In this document: positions 9,505 through 19,087 of the stretch, in pieces
Numbering within the stretch: the stretch's first letter is position 1
How the letters are laid out: each line of letters begins with the position of its first letter
Source of the DNA: Patescibacteria group bacterium
GTDB lineage: Bacteria; Patescibacteriota; Gracilibacteria; UBA1369; PNNO01
Direction of reading: 5' to 3'
Length of the DNA: 58,895 nucleotides
Assembly: GCA_042568575.1 (NCBI GenBank)
Contig: JBHPIO010000008.1
Span: 1 to 58,895, forward strand
Made by a program: the position numbers and the translations under genes
Notes under the pieces: model-generated
What the model saw: the letters and a program-made list of their open reading frames with translations, nothing else
The model's database searches: none
What the model was told of the DNA's origin: nothing

Positions 9505-10635
9505 TTATTTACTATATGTAATGCTTTTTATTATACCTCCACCAAGCACCCGTTCTTTGTCATAAAATACAACCGATTGACCTGGAGTAATAGCTCTTTG
9601 CGGCTTCAGGAAACGAATTCTGGCATTATCGCCATTTTTGGTAAGTACTGCCTTTTGAGGTGGGAAACGATACCTTATTCTGGCTCGCACTTCGTGCTCG
9701 CCATCCTCCATCTCCTCCTCTGTAAAAGTCATCTTATGAATTTTGAAATCATTCTGAAAAACCTCATCATCCTTACCTACAACAAGAGTATTCTTTTCAT
9801 AATCAAGACGAGCAACATACCAGGGATCCTTTTCTCCTCCTATATCTATCCCCTTCCGCTGACCAACCGTAAAGCATTGAAGCCCTTTATGAGTTCCTAT
9901 ATTTTCGCCTTTGGTTGTAACAATCGGCCCCTCTTTTAAAACACTCTTTGGGAAATACCTCTTAAGAAAATCCGTATGCTGTTTATCCGGGAAAAAACAT
10001 ATCCCCTGACTTTCCTTTTTCTCCAGAGGCTCAAGCAAGCCTCTTTTCTTCGCCTCTTTTCGCACCTTGTCTTTTGTCATCCCACCGACTGGAAACATAA
10101 CGTGCTTCAGCTTATCCTGCCCAAGTGTATATAAAAAATAGCTCTGATCCTTAACTTTATCCTTCCCCATCCACAGTTCATAAACCGTATTCCCCTTCTT
10201 TTTCTTCTTTTTAACACGAACAAAATGGCCAGTAGCAACATAATCGGCTCCAAGCTGCTTCATTCTCTCAAGAAGAAATCCAAATTTAATACTTCGATTA
10301 CATTCAACACAAGGATTCGGTGTGTGGCAAATTTTATAAGTATCAATGAAATAATCTACTATTTCCTTTTTAAAACGGTCTTTAACATTCAAAACATAAA
10401 ATGGCATGTTGAGCTTAGAGGCAATACGTCTCGCAGTATTTAAAGATTCAATTGAACAACACTTGTTCTGAGGGAAGTTATCTTGTTCATCCTGTTCAAA
10501 AACGGTCGGATCGCTCCAAAAATTCATGTAAACACCAATACATTCATATCCTTTTTCACAGAGCAGAGCAGCAGTTACGGAGGAATCCAAACCACCTGAC
10601 ATTGCAACCAGAACTTTCCCTTTTGATTGAGACAT
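9505..10635 (-). CDS. mnmA: tRNA 2-thiouridine(34) synthase
   Basis: SGGLDSS, TPNPCVECN, ATGH, KDQSYFL, ESQGICF, TVGQRKG, AITPGQ. Confidence 0.97.
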   Translation of the reverse strand: MSQSKGKVLVAMSGGLDSSVTAALLCEKGYECIGVYMNFWSDPTVFEQDEQDNFPQNKCCSIESLNTARRIASKLNMPFYVLNVKDRFKKEIVDYFIDTYKICHTPNPCVECNRSIKFGFLLERMKQLGADYVATGHFVRVKKKKKKGNTVYELWMGKDKVKDQSYFLYTLGQDKLKHVMFPVGGMTKDKVRKEAKKRGLLEPLEKKESQGICFFPDKQHTDFLKRYFPKSVLKEGPIVTTKGENIGTHKGLQCFTVGQRKGIDIGGEKDPWYVARLDYEKNTLVVGKDDEVFQNDFKIHKMTFTEEEMEDGEHEVRARIRYRFPPQKAVLTKNGDNARIRFLKPQRAITPGQSVVFYDKERVLGGGIIKSITYSK

Positions 10636-10640
10636 TTTCG

Positions 10641-10669
10641 TTGACGTTTAGCGACTTTTATGCCATTAT
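10641..10669 (+). promoter_or_regulatory. Sigma70-type promoter for the RelA/SpoT gene
   Basis: TTGACG-17-CATTAT with extended -10 TG. Confidence 0.5.
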
Positions 10670-10706
10670 TGAAGTCCGAAATAATCGACATTTACTTTAC
10701 AATGAT

Positions 10707-13088
10707 ATGGCAAATAACCAAAAAGTAAATATAGAAAAAACGCTTGATGAGATTATTAAAAAGATCAAGGAATACCTTGACGATTTCAATGAGGAAAAAT
10801 TCACTAAAGCATTCAAATTTGCCAGGGATGCTCATGAAGGCCAATATCGTAAAGATGGGGTAACGCCATACATCGTTCATCCGCTTCAGACAGTCAATAT
10901 TCTGACTGACCTTCACATCGATGAAGACTCGTTAATTGCAGCCTTGGTTCATGATGTCCCTGAAGACACAAAAAAAACTATCCGTGATGTTGAAAGACTT
11001 TTTGGGAAAAAGGTTGCATTTTTAGTTAACAGTATTACGAAATTATCGAAAGTTTACTATAGACACGACATGGCAGAACGTCAGATTGAATCATTGAAAA
11101 AACTGCTTATTCATAGTGCGAAAGACTCGAGAGTAATTTTGATAAAACTGGCAGACAGACTTCATAACATGAAGACTCTTGAATATGTTAGGCCAGAAAA
11201 ACGCGTAAGAATTGCGAAGGAAACACTTGAGATTTATGTTCCGATTGCAAATCTACTTGGTATCGATCAATTGAAAAAAGCACTTGAAGACTTGTGTTTC
11301 AAGCATATCTTTCCAAAAGAATATAAAGGCATTGAGCAAAAATTGGCTGAGACCAAGATTAGACAAGCGAACTTACTTGATGAGACCAAACGAGTAGTGA
11401 ATAAAGCGCTAAAGCAAGAGGATCTTGGGAATTTCGAGATAACAGGCAGAGAAAAAAGTAGATACAGCGTTTATAAAAAAAGTCTTAGAAAAGAAAAATC
11501 TCCAGATGAACTTGAGGATTTGCTTGCAATGAGAATCATGGTTGATGAAATAAAAGACTGCTATGTAGTGTTGGGGCTTATTCACTCTTTATTTAAGCCA
11601 AAACCAGGAAGGTTTAAGGACTATATTTCTGTCCCTAAAACTAATGGATATCAAAGTCTCCACACAATTGTATTTGGAATAAAAGGGCAGATTACAGAAT
11701 TCCAGATTCGTACGCATAGCATGCATATTGAAGCAGAATATGGAATTGCCGCACATTATTTTTACAGAAGCCATCAGGGAATAAGTGGTGCATTAAATGA
11801 AAAACAGTCTAAGTGGGCAAAAAAAATCCTCTCTTATCAAAAGACAAATTTTGATAGTGAGAACTTTATTGAAGCTTTAAAAATTGATATTTTCCAAGAC
11901 AGAATTTTCACATTCACTCCAAAAGGTGACACCATAGATCTTCCAAGAGGAGCTACGGCAATTGACTTTGCATACACAATCCATACGGAAGTTGGGAACA
12001 ACGCTTTGAAAGTAGAAATTAATGGAGAAATTTCTCCACTTACGACACAACTCAAGACAGGAGATATTATTAGTGTTATCACAGCCCCACATCCAAAAGG
12101 GCCAAATAGAGAATGGCTTATTTTTGCTAAAACAAATCTGGCAAAAAATAAAATAAGAGATGCATTAAAAACTATTAGTCGAAAAAAGAAGATTGAAATT
12201 GGGCGTAGACTGCTTCAAAAAGAGTTCGATAGAGCTGGCGTTGGCTTGCTTGAAGAATTATCAAATAAGAAGCTTAAAATTCTTGTTGCAACATGTGGGA
12301 AACCACATCAGTGCCGAACTTTCCAAGACCTTCTCATGGCTATTGGAGAAGGAACTATTAATCCTGTAGACATTATTAGAGTTCTCTTTCCTCAGAAAGC
12401 ACTGTTAAAATCTGATCCTTTCCGGTATGTAAAAAAATTGTTTCATATGCCACAGCTTAATAAAAAACGGGTTGGGCTAAAGATAAGGGTTTTGGATAGA
12501 ATTGGAGCGGCAAGAGATGTTTTAAATATACTTACTGAAAACAAAGTTAACATTGCAAAACTTGGAGTTAGCGCTCGTGGACTCAATAATACATTCTCCA
12601 TGACCATTGTCTTGGAAGTGGAATCATTTGATCAATTCAGTTATATCTGCGAACAGATGGAACAAATTGATGAAATTATCGAAGTAAGAAGGGAATTTCA
12701 TTTAAAACGTATTCCGTTCTATATTCTTGCCGGTTGCACGATTGCTTTATGGGCTGCACATCCTTTTGTGACTTATTATTTTTCACAAAGCGGCTTTCTA
12801 AACATTCCTGAAAATTTTGCTATTTATGGAGGAATAGTGATGCTTTTCTTCCTTGTGTATCAACTAAAACGCGCTACACAAAGAAGCTTTCCGGAATTAC
12901 GAAATACTGGAAAAATACTGTGGCTCTTAACATTTCTGATTGGTAATTTCGCGCTTTTCACAATTATTGCGGAGATCTATTTCTATGAACTCCACTTTAA
13001 CTGGATTGTCGTATTTGGATTGATTTTGTTTATTTACGCTTATCTTGCATCCGAATACATGGAATATAAACATCCAACAAAGAACTAA
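10707..13088 (+). CDS. rel: Long RelA/SpoT (p)ppGpp synthetase/hydrolase with extra C-terminal membrane domain
   Basis: HD domain (PYIVHP, HDVPED, KLADRLHNM), synthetase (RFKDY, GYQSLHT, EFQIRT), TGS (FTPKGD...DFAYTIHTEVG), ACT-like domain, then about 4 hydrophobic helices. Start moved to ATG 10707 because the 10452 start overlaps mnmA. Confidence 0.92.
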   Translation: MANNQKVNIEKTLDEIIKKIKEYLDDFNEEKFTKAFKFARDAHEGQYRKDGVTPYIVHPLQTVNILTDLHIDEDSLIAALVHDVPEDTKKTIRDVERLFGKKVAFLVNSITKLSKVYYRHDMAERQIESLKKLLIHSAKDSRVILIKLADRLHNMKTLEYVRPEKRVRIAKETLEIYVPIANLLGIDQLKKALEDLCFKHIFPKEYKGIEQKLAETKIRQANLLDETKRVVNKALKQEDLGNFEITGREKSRYSVYKKSLRKEKSPDELEDLLAMRIMVDEIKDCYVVLGLIHSLFKPKPGRFKDYISVPKTNGYQSLHTIVFGIKGQITEFQIRTHSMHIEAEYGIAAHYFYRSHQGISGALNEKQSKWAKKILSYQKTNFDSENFIEALKIDIFQDRIFTFTPKGDTIDLPRGATAIDFAYTIHTEVGNNALKVEINGEISPLTTQLKTGDIISVITAPHPKGPNREWLIFAKTNLAKNKIRDALKTISRKKKIEIGRRLLQKEFDRAGVGLLEELSNKKLKILVATCGKPHQCRTFQDLLMAIGEGTINPVDIIRVLFPQKALLKSDPFRYVKKLFHMPQLNKKRVGLKIRVLDRIGAARDVLNILTENKVNIAKLGVSARGLNNTFSMTIVLEVESFDQFSYICEQMEQIDEIIEVRREFHLKRIPFYILAGCTIALWAAHPFVTYYFSQSGFLNIPENFAIYGGIVMLFFLVYQLKRATQRSFPELRNTGKILWLLTFLIGNFALFTIIAEIYFYELHFNWIVVFGLILFIYAYLASEYMEYKHPTKN

Positions 13089-13795
13089 GCCGAAAATTCT
13101 CTCAAAGACTCTTCGAGAGAAAGGTTTCTATCATAAAAAGCCCTTCCAATAACGGCACCTTTAACTCCTATTTCTTTTAAGGTTTTTAAATGCTTTTTTG
13201 TTCCTATACCACCTGAAGCATAAACCTGAAGCGGCGTCATGTTTAGGATACGATCAACTTCATCATAATTTGGATGGATCTCTGTTCCTTCTTTCCAAAC
13301 GTCTTTATAAAGCACCTGGGTAACACCAAACGAAGGGAGCTTTTCAGCAAAATCAATCACTCTTAAAGGAAAATCGAGTTTTTGATCAGTTAACACCTCG
13401 TCCCCTTTTGCCTTAATACCTACAATAATTTTATCTGCTCCGTATTTTTTTATACTTTCAATGTAAACTGGCTCCGCGGAAACACCAAGACACACCTGAT
13501 TCATCCCCATTTCAAAGGCATGCGCAATCCCCTCCATACTTCTAATCCCGCCCGCCAAGACTAAATGCGCATCAGTTTCCCGCCTTACTCTTTTAACAAT
13601 TTCAAGATTCACATCAGTTCCGAATTCTGACTTATCAAGATCCACAATTAGAATCTTCGTTGCACCTTGCGAAATAAACCTTTTTGCATATTCCAAAGGA
13701 GACCTATTATAAACTTCTTTTTGCTCAAAACTTCCCTTGTAAAGGGCAACACACTGCTCGCTTAAAATGTAAATTGCCGGTATTATTTCCATCAA
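13085..13795 (-). CDS. HisA/HisF-family TIM-barrel protein, catalytic residues apparently altered
   Basis: IIPAI..., VDLD, GGIRS, ASGGIG, GAVIGRAFY phosphate-binding motifs. Confidence 0.85.
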   Translation of the reverse strand: MMEIIPAIYILSEQCVALYKGSFEQKEVYNRSPLEYAKRFISQGATKILIVDLDKSEFGTDVNLEIVKRVRRETDAHLVLAGGIRSMEGIAHAFEMGMNQVCLGVSAEPVYIESIKKYGADKIIVGIKAKGDEVLTDQKLDFPLRVIDFAEKLPSFGVTQVLYKDVWKEGTEIHPNYDEVDRILNMTPLQVYASGGIGTKKHLKTLKEIGVKGAVIGRAFYDRNLSLEESLREFSA

Positions 13796-13802
13796 ACTTT
13801 AA

Positions 13803-14897
13803 TTATTGACTGAAACGAAAGTGCATTATGTCTCCGTCTTGTACAATATACTCTTTTCCTTCAAGTCTCATCAAACCTTTTTCGCGAGCCTTTATCTCTC
13901 CTTCGTTCTCAACAAAGTCACTACAATTAATAACTTCTGCGCGTATAAAACCTTTTTCAAAATCAGTGTGAATTGCACCCGCCGCCCTTGGAGCAGAATC
14001 ACCATTGTTGATAGTCCAGGCATGAACTTCTTTTGGTCCAGCAGTAAAATAAGTTATCAAATTGAGCAATTTGTATGAAGCTTTAATCAGCTGATTTAAG
14101 CCGGTTTCTTTAAGTCCAATAGTTTGCAAAAATTCTTTTGCCTCTTCTTCAGAAAAACTTCCTAGCTCCTCCTCTGTTCTCGCAGAAATAGGAATCAATG
14201 TTTTTTCATCGGAGATATCGAGCTTCTTTCTAATCTCTTCAACATCGGTGCTTGCAACTTCATCCTCATGAACATTCGCAATATAAAGGAGAGGTTTTGC
14301 AGTTAATAAATGAAGATCTCTAATTGCCGCTTTCTCCTCTTTTGATAAATCCATATTGGAAACAAGTTGACCCTGGTGGAAATATGCCTCAATTTTCTTT
14401 AGTAGATCCGCATATTCTTTTTTCTTTTTATCGCCCGACTTCGACTCACTTTCGGCTTTATGAAGCCTTTTTTCTAACGTCTGCAAGTCAGCGAAAATAA
14501 GTTCTGCTTCAAGAATCTCTCTATCTTTCTGTGGCACCACTTCACCATGAACATGAATTACATCAGGATCTTCGAACACGCGAATAACTTGGGCAATAGC
14601 ATCACATTCACGAATATGAGAAAGGAACTGATTACCAAGACCCTCTCCTTCGCTTGCACCTTTTACAAGTCCTGCAATATCAACAAATTCAATAACGGCT
14701 GGGATTATTTTTTCGGGGCTAACAACCTTTGCAAGTGCATCTATTCTTTCATCCGGAACCTCAACAATTCCAACATTTGGATCAATTGTACAGAAAGGGT
14801 AATTCGCTGATTCCGCTGTTTTTGAACGTGTAAGCGCATTAAATAGCGTTGATTTTCCTACGTTCGGAAGCCCGACTATACCAATTTTAAGAGACAT
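13803..14897 (-). CDS. ychF: Redox-regulated ribosome-binding ATPase YchF
   Basis: GIVGLPNVGKST, NYPFCTIDPN, DIAGLV, TYFTAG, IHTDFEKGFIRAE. Confidence 0.98.
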   Translation of the reverse strand: MSLKIGIVGLPNVGKSTLFNALTRSKTAESANYPFCTIDPNVGIVEVPDERIDALAKVVSPEKIIPAVIEFVDIAGLVKGASEGEGLGNQFLSHIRECDAIAQVIRVFEDPDVIHVHGEVVPQKDREILEAELIFADLQTLEKRLHKAESESKSGDKKKKEYADLLKKIEAYFHQGQLVSNMDLSKEEKAAIRDLHLLTAKPLLYIANVHEDEVASTDVEEIRKKLDISDEKTLIPISARTEEELGSFSEEEAKEFLQTIGLKETGLNQLIKASYKLLNLITYFTAGPKEVHAWTINNGDSAPRAAGAIHTDFEKGFIRAEVINCSDFVENEGEIKAREKGLMRLEGKEYIVQDGDIMHFRFSQ

Positions 14898-14947
14898 ATT
14901 CTTTCGAGTAAATTACATGTGCGCATCTCATTTAAACACAGATACGT

Positions 14948-15574
14948 TTAAAACTTCAACTTTTTTCTAAGGTCTTCCCATTCACTAAGTTCAATCTGCC
15001 CTTCCGCCGTTTTCCATTCTGCATTTGGCGGCACAAAATTAATCATATTTCCAAACGATGCCGAGATAATTCTGCTCAATCTCCCCTTCTCACTCATACA
15101 AAAAGAAACAAGTGGAAGCCCCATTGTTTCGCTCTCTGCAAGCAGTCTAAGTGGGATAAGATTATCCTCCACTTTCTCTGCCGTCATAATTATTTTGCCA
15201 ATATCCGCTCCAAGTGCTTTCATCTTCTTTGCTATTTCAAGAGCACCGCTATAAAGATGCGTTCCTGTAAAATTGTGAAAAGAAAGAATCAGTTTCGTAT
15301 TTTTCTTTTTCGAAATTAAATCAGGATCAAAAGAATCAAGATCAATATCAAGATATGCCGGATCGTGTGCTAATACTTCATCTATTAATTCTTGATTTGA
15401 TGTGTCGGTGATTTTAATCAGAAGGGGTTTGTTGGCTTTCTCTAGTAACTTTCCAACATCCACGTTTTGGATTTCATTAATCCATATTTCAATTAAATCG
15501 TAATTCCCAGGAACCTCTTGGAGCTTCTGCAAGACAGTGTCCATTTGGTTTTCTTTGATTGATGCTGCAATCAT
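14948..15574 (-). CDS. aroD: Type I 3-dehydroquinate dehydratase-like protein
   Basis: ILSFHNF (His), ADIGKI (Schiff-base Lys), CMSEKGRLSR, TAEGQI; N-terminal half divergent. Confidence 0.75.
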   Translation of the reverse strand: MIAASIKENQMDTVLQKLQEVPGNYDLIEIWINEIQNVDVGKLLEKANKPLLIKITDTSNQELIDEVLAHDPAYLDIDLDSFDPDLISKKKNTKLILSFHNFTGTHLYSGALEIAKKMKALGADIGKIIMTAEKVEDNLIPLRLLAESETMGLPLVSFCMSEKGRLSRIISASFGNMINFVPPNAEWKTAEGQIELSEWEDLRKKLKF

Positions 15575-15645
15575 CTCTTTATATTTATTAAAAAATATCT
15601 TATTGTAGTGAATGGAAATCTTATCCGTAATTTCAAATTTATATT

Positions 15646-16716
15646 ATGCCTTATTTTGAATTTCTTCAATATTCGTATTTTGGGAATACGCTTGAACGAT
15701 ATCTCCTTGCTATTGGAATTTTTGTTTTATTTATTTTTGGTGCAGTTATTCTAAACTTTCTCGTAAAGCGAGTTTTTCAAAAATACGCCATTAAGACAAA
15801 AACGAAGCTGGACGATACTGTTTTGCACATTTTCCAGCGAGTTGTTGTTTATATCCTGGCACTTGCAGGTTTGTATTTTGGGATTAAAGCACTTGTTTTG
15901 CCTGACAATTATGCCGATTTTTTAAACAAGGCATTCCAGGTAATCCTTATATTTAAAGTATTCCAGGGAATCACAATCCTTTCGGATTTTGTTATTAAAA
16001 CTTATTTCTGCAAACTCCTTAAGTCTCAGGGAGGATTTGAAATTCAGCTAACAAGGCTTATTAGCCGAATTGCGAACATTGCATTATGGGTAATTGGACT
16101 CAGTATGATTCTGCAAGTTTTCGATTACAACATAACCGCACTTGTTACAGGACTTGGAATTGGAGGTTTAGCGATAGCTCTTGCAGCACAAGATACTCTT
16201 GGAAACTTTTTCAGTTCGCTTGCGATAATGACGGACAAGCCATACAAAATTGGAGACATTGTGAAATTTGCCGATTACGAAGGGTTTATTCGCGATATTG
16301 GACTTAGAACAACTCGTATTGAGACCTTTAAAGGTACTTTTATTTCTGTACCTAATAGTGAGCTTGCAAAGTCAGCTGTAGAAAATCTTTCTAAAATGAG
16401 AGCACGTAGATACGACGGAGCCATTGGTCTGGCCTACGATACCAAGACGGCAAAAATCAAAAAAGCTCTCGCTCTAATGAGAGCAATGATTAAAGAAGAC
16501 AAGAGTACCACCTCAGAGTTTCGTGTACATTTTACCGATTATGATGAGTCTTCGCTTAGGATTGAATACACTTATTTCGTCAAAAAACCGGAAGATTATG
16601 AGTTTTATATGAAGACTAGGACAAAACTCAACATAGCAATAAAAGATGCTCTTGAAAAAGAAGGGATTGAAATGGCATTCCCAACTAGAACTGTTCATCT
16701 CATAAACGAGAGCTAG
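15646..16716 (+). CDS. mscS: Small-conductance mechanosensitive channel (MscS family)
   Basis: GLGIGGLAIALAAQDTLGN, IGLRTTRI, VPNS, GIEMAFPTRT; 5 TM. Confidence 0.93.
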   Translation: MPYFEFLQYSYFGNTLERYLLAIGIFVLFIFGAVILNFLVKRVFQKYAIKTKTKLDDTVLHIFQRVVVYILALAGLYFGIKALVLPDNYADFLNKAFQVILIFKVFQGITILSDFVIKTYFCKLLKSQGGFEIQLTRLISRIANIALWVIGLSMILQVFDYNITALVTGLGIGGLAIALAAQDTLGNFFSSLAIMTDKPYKIGDIVKFADYEGFIRDIGLRTTRIETFKGTFISVPNSELAKSAVENLSKMRARRYDGAIGLAYDTKTAKIKKALALMRAMIKEDKSTTSEFRVHFTDYDESSLRIEYTYFVKKPEDYEFYMKTRTKLNIAIKDALEKEGIEMAFPTRTVHLINES

Positions 16717-16735
16717 AAGGTGTTTTTTTAAGGTT

Positions 16736-16760
16736 GGACCTCTTTACAGCGAGGTCTTTT
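16736..16760 (+). terminator. Probable intrinsic terminator after mscS
   Basis: GGACCTC/GAGGTCT stem followed by a short T run. Confidence 0.45.
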
Positions 16761-16797
16761 CGTGGTATCATTGTATAATTAAATAAAAACAAAAATA

Positions 16798-19071
16798 ATG
16801 GATAATTTATTTTCTGAAAAAAGACTTATTTTCCTATCGCCTGCCGAAGGTGGGCCTAAGCCTAAACCGTCAAAACAAGAAACTCACGAGTCTATAGAGA
16901 AGTCTTCTTTAAAGGTTGAAAAGACTCCCGAAGCGCTTAAAACAGAAGTAGAGCGAACTCGAGAGTCAATTCAAACTTTGAAAGATCATATTAAAAAAAG
17001 AACAGAAAGAAATCCTGCATTAAAGAAAGTTCTAGCAAGACTCGATCAAATTGATGATGAGTTTTATCGTTTAACTCAAGGAGGCGAAGGCGTTAAATTG
17101 AAAGCATTACAGAAAATCCAGACAATGATTTATAAACCTGGAAGCGAGCTTAACAAACAACGGATTGTAGTTGCACAAAATATACTTGAAAAATCTGTTG
17201 GTGATTTTGAAAATGGAAATGTTGCTCGTTTGGTTGATATGGCTTTGTTACTTAAATCTGATGGCATACCACTTAAAGTTGGAGGGTTTAGCGTAGAGAG
17301 AAGAGGACATAACATTGTTCTTAGGAATGGAAAAGCTACAAACGTCTTCAAGCTTGTAATTCAGGGAGATAATTTATCATTGAATCAGGTTGGAATTTCA
17401 CAAGGCAAACGTACAGAAACTGTCTTAGATAAGGATAAAACAGAACCATATTCATTGAGAGGCCTTTTTGGAAAAAACGCATATAAACGTCCATTTTATG
17501 CTAATAAAGGTACTGCAACAAAAGATGTATACGATTATTCACATATGCCTAAGGCGAAACCAAAACAAACTGTTGCAGCCAAAAAAGCACCTGAAAAACA
17601 AAAAACTCAGGCTCAAGTTATTGGCGCTCAACTTACACAAGCATTTAAACTTATTAAAGAACATAAAGCACTTAACGCTACCGCAAAGAAAGGACTTTCA
17701 ACGATTGCAACACTTTTGCAAAAATCAGATGAAGCTGGACAGCCAACACATTTAGATTATAAGGGTGTAAAAATTGCACTTACCCACGATGGTCAACACT
17801 TACAAATCTCACTCCCAAAACAACGTGGAAAACATGGAGCAACCAGTGAAGTTGCAGTTTATTCTATAAATGATAAAGTCTTGGCTAATCGTGAAACAAC
17901 AAAAGAAGTTACAACTAAAGAAATTATTCATAAAAGATGGCAGAATTTAGAGAAAAGAGTAAGCAAATTAAAACCTGGAGAGCAAGTATCCATTACTGTT
18001 AAAGTTGGTGAAAAAACAGAAAGATTTGATATCAAGAAAACAAAAACAGGTTTAAGCATCCACGTAGATGGCGTACTAAACAAAAATTTGAACATGGCAA
18101 ACATGACCATGATTAATACTGCTGATCTTGCAGATTACAAGATTGTTACAGCAACAAAACCTAAAGTTGCTGCTAAAGCTAAACCTGCAAAACCTCATAA
18201 GTTTAAGAAAGGTAGCACTGGAGATCTGGTAAGACAGGCTTCAGAAGGTGTAACAGAAGGACCTGATGCAAAATGGAAGGCAGCAATGAAACAAAATCTT
18301 GATGCAAAAGTCAAACAACTGTCGTCTCATTCTAAAAGATTCGCTCTAGCACAGCAAATTATTAAAGTTCTACGAGCAAAAACTCCAAATAAACCAAAGA
18401 ATACTGTATATGCTGAGGCAGGGCGAAGAGTTGCAAATCTCATGACTCGCTTACAAAATACGCTATCAAGGGTTGATTCTCAAACAAAAGCCCAAACAGA
18501 GGGTGATATCAACAAAGCTTTAGCATTGCTTCCAATCGGAAATAAAAAAGAGGGTCCGCTTTATGCATTTGCTAAAGATTTACAATCTACTCCAGATGTA
18601 AAACAGGCTGCACCTGCAAAAACTGTTGCGGCAAAGCCTGAAGTTAAATTTGATAAAGTTGCATTAAAAGACTGGCCAAAACAAATGCAAACTAACGTGG
18701 CAACTGTTCTTGTTCAACTTTTAAAACATCCAAGCATTAGTAAAGCTTACAATGCTAAATTCAATTCTGTTGCAACGATACTAATGAAAAAAGCGCCTGG
18801 ATCACAATATTTAAATGCTTTAAAACAACACAAAGCAGTAAGGAAATTATTCCAAGATTTGGCTAGGAATCCTGCTGTAAAAAAATATCTAAAACGATAT
18901 AATAAGAAGGCTTTACTTGGACAAATCAAAAAGCTTGCATTAGCACCATACCCATCTGAACCAAAGAATCCTACAGCTGCCGAAAGTACAAGGATAGCTG
19001 AACTTAAAAAAGGACGAGAAAAGATGAAAAAATGGACTGTAAAAGTAAAAAATCGTGACATTTCCACATAA
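16798..19071 (+). CDS. Large Lys-rich hypothetical protein with N-terminal FSEKRLIF motif
   Basis: 757-aa ORF with K/A/P-rich linkers; no TM or classical signal peptide. Confidence 0.8.
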   Translation: MDNLFSEKRLIFLSPAEGGPKPKPSKQETHESIEKSSLKVEKTPEALKTEVERTRESIQTLKDHIKKRTERNPALKKVLARLDQIDDEFYRLTQGGEGVKLKALQKIQTMIYKPGSELNKQRIVVAQNILEKSVGDFENGNVARLVDMALLLKSDGIPLKVGGFSVERRGHNIVLRNGKATNVFKLVIQGDNLSLNQVGISQGKRTETVLDKDKTEPYSLRGLFGKNAYKRPFYANKGTATKDVYDYSHMPKAKPKQTVAAKKAPEKQKTQAQVIGAQLTQAFKLIKEHKALNATAKKGLSTIATLLQKSDEAGQPTHLDYKGVKIALTHDGQHLQISLPKQRGKHGATSEVAVYSINDKVLANRETTKEVTTKEIIHKRWQNLEKRVSKLKPGEQVSITVKVGEKTERFDIKKTKTGLSIHVDGVLNKNLNMANMTMINTADLADYKIVTATKPKVAAKAKPAKPHKFKKGSTGDLVRQASEGVTEGPDAKWKAAMKQNLDAKVKQLSSHSKRFALAQQIIKVLRAKTPNKPKNTVYAEAGRRVANLMTRLQNTLSRVDSQTKAQTEGDINKALALLPIGNKKEGPLYAFAKDLQSTPDVKQAAPAKTVAAKPEVKFDKVALKDWPKQMQTNVATVLVQLLKHPSISKAYNAKFNSVATILMKKAPGSQYLNALKQHKAVRKLFQDLARNPAVKKYLKRYNKKALLGQIKKLALAPYPSEPKNPTAAESTRIAELKKGREKMKKWTVKVKNRDIST

Positions 19072-19087
19072 TCAATAATCTAATCAT

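Noticed and set aside
10452-10706. 85-aa N-terminal extension of RelA/SpoT in the ORF track
   Set aside because: Overlaps mnmA on the opposite strand; a promoter at 10641-10669 and ATG 10707 fit better
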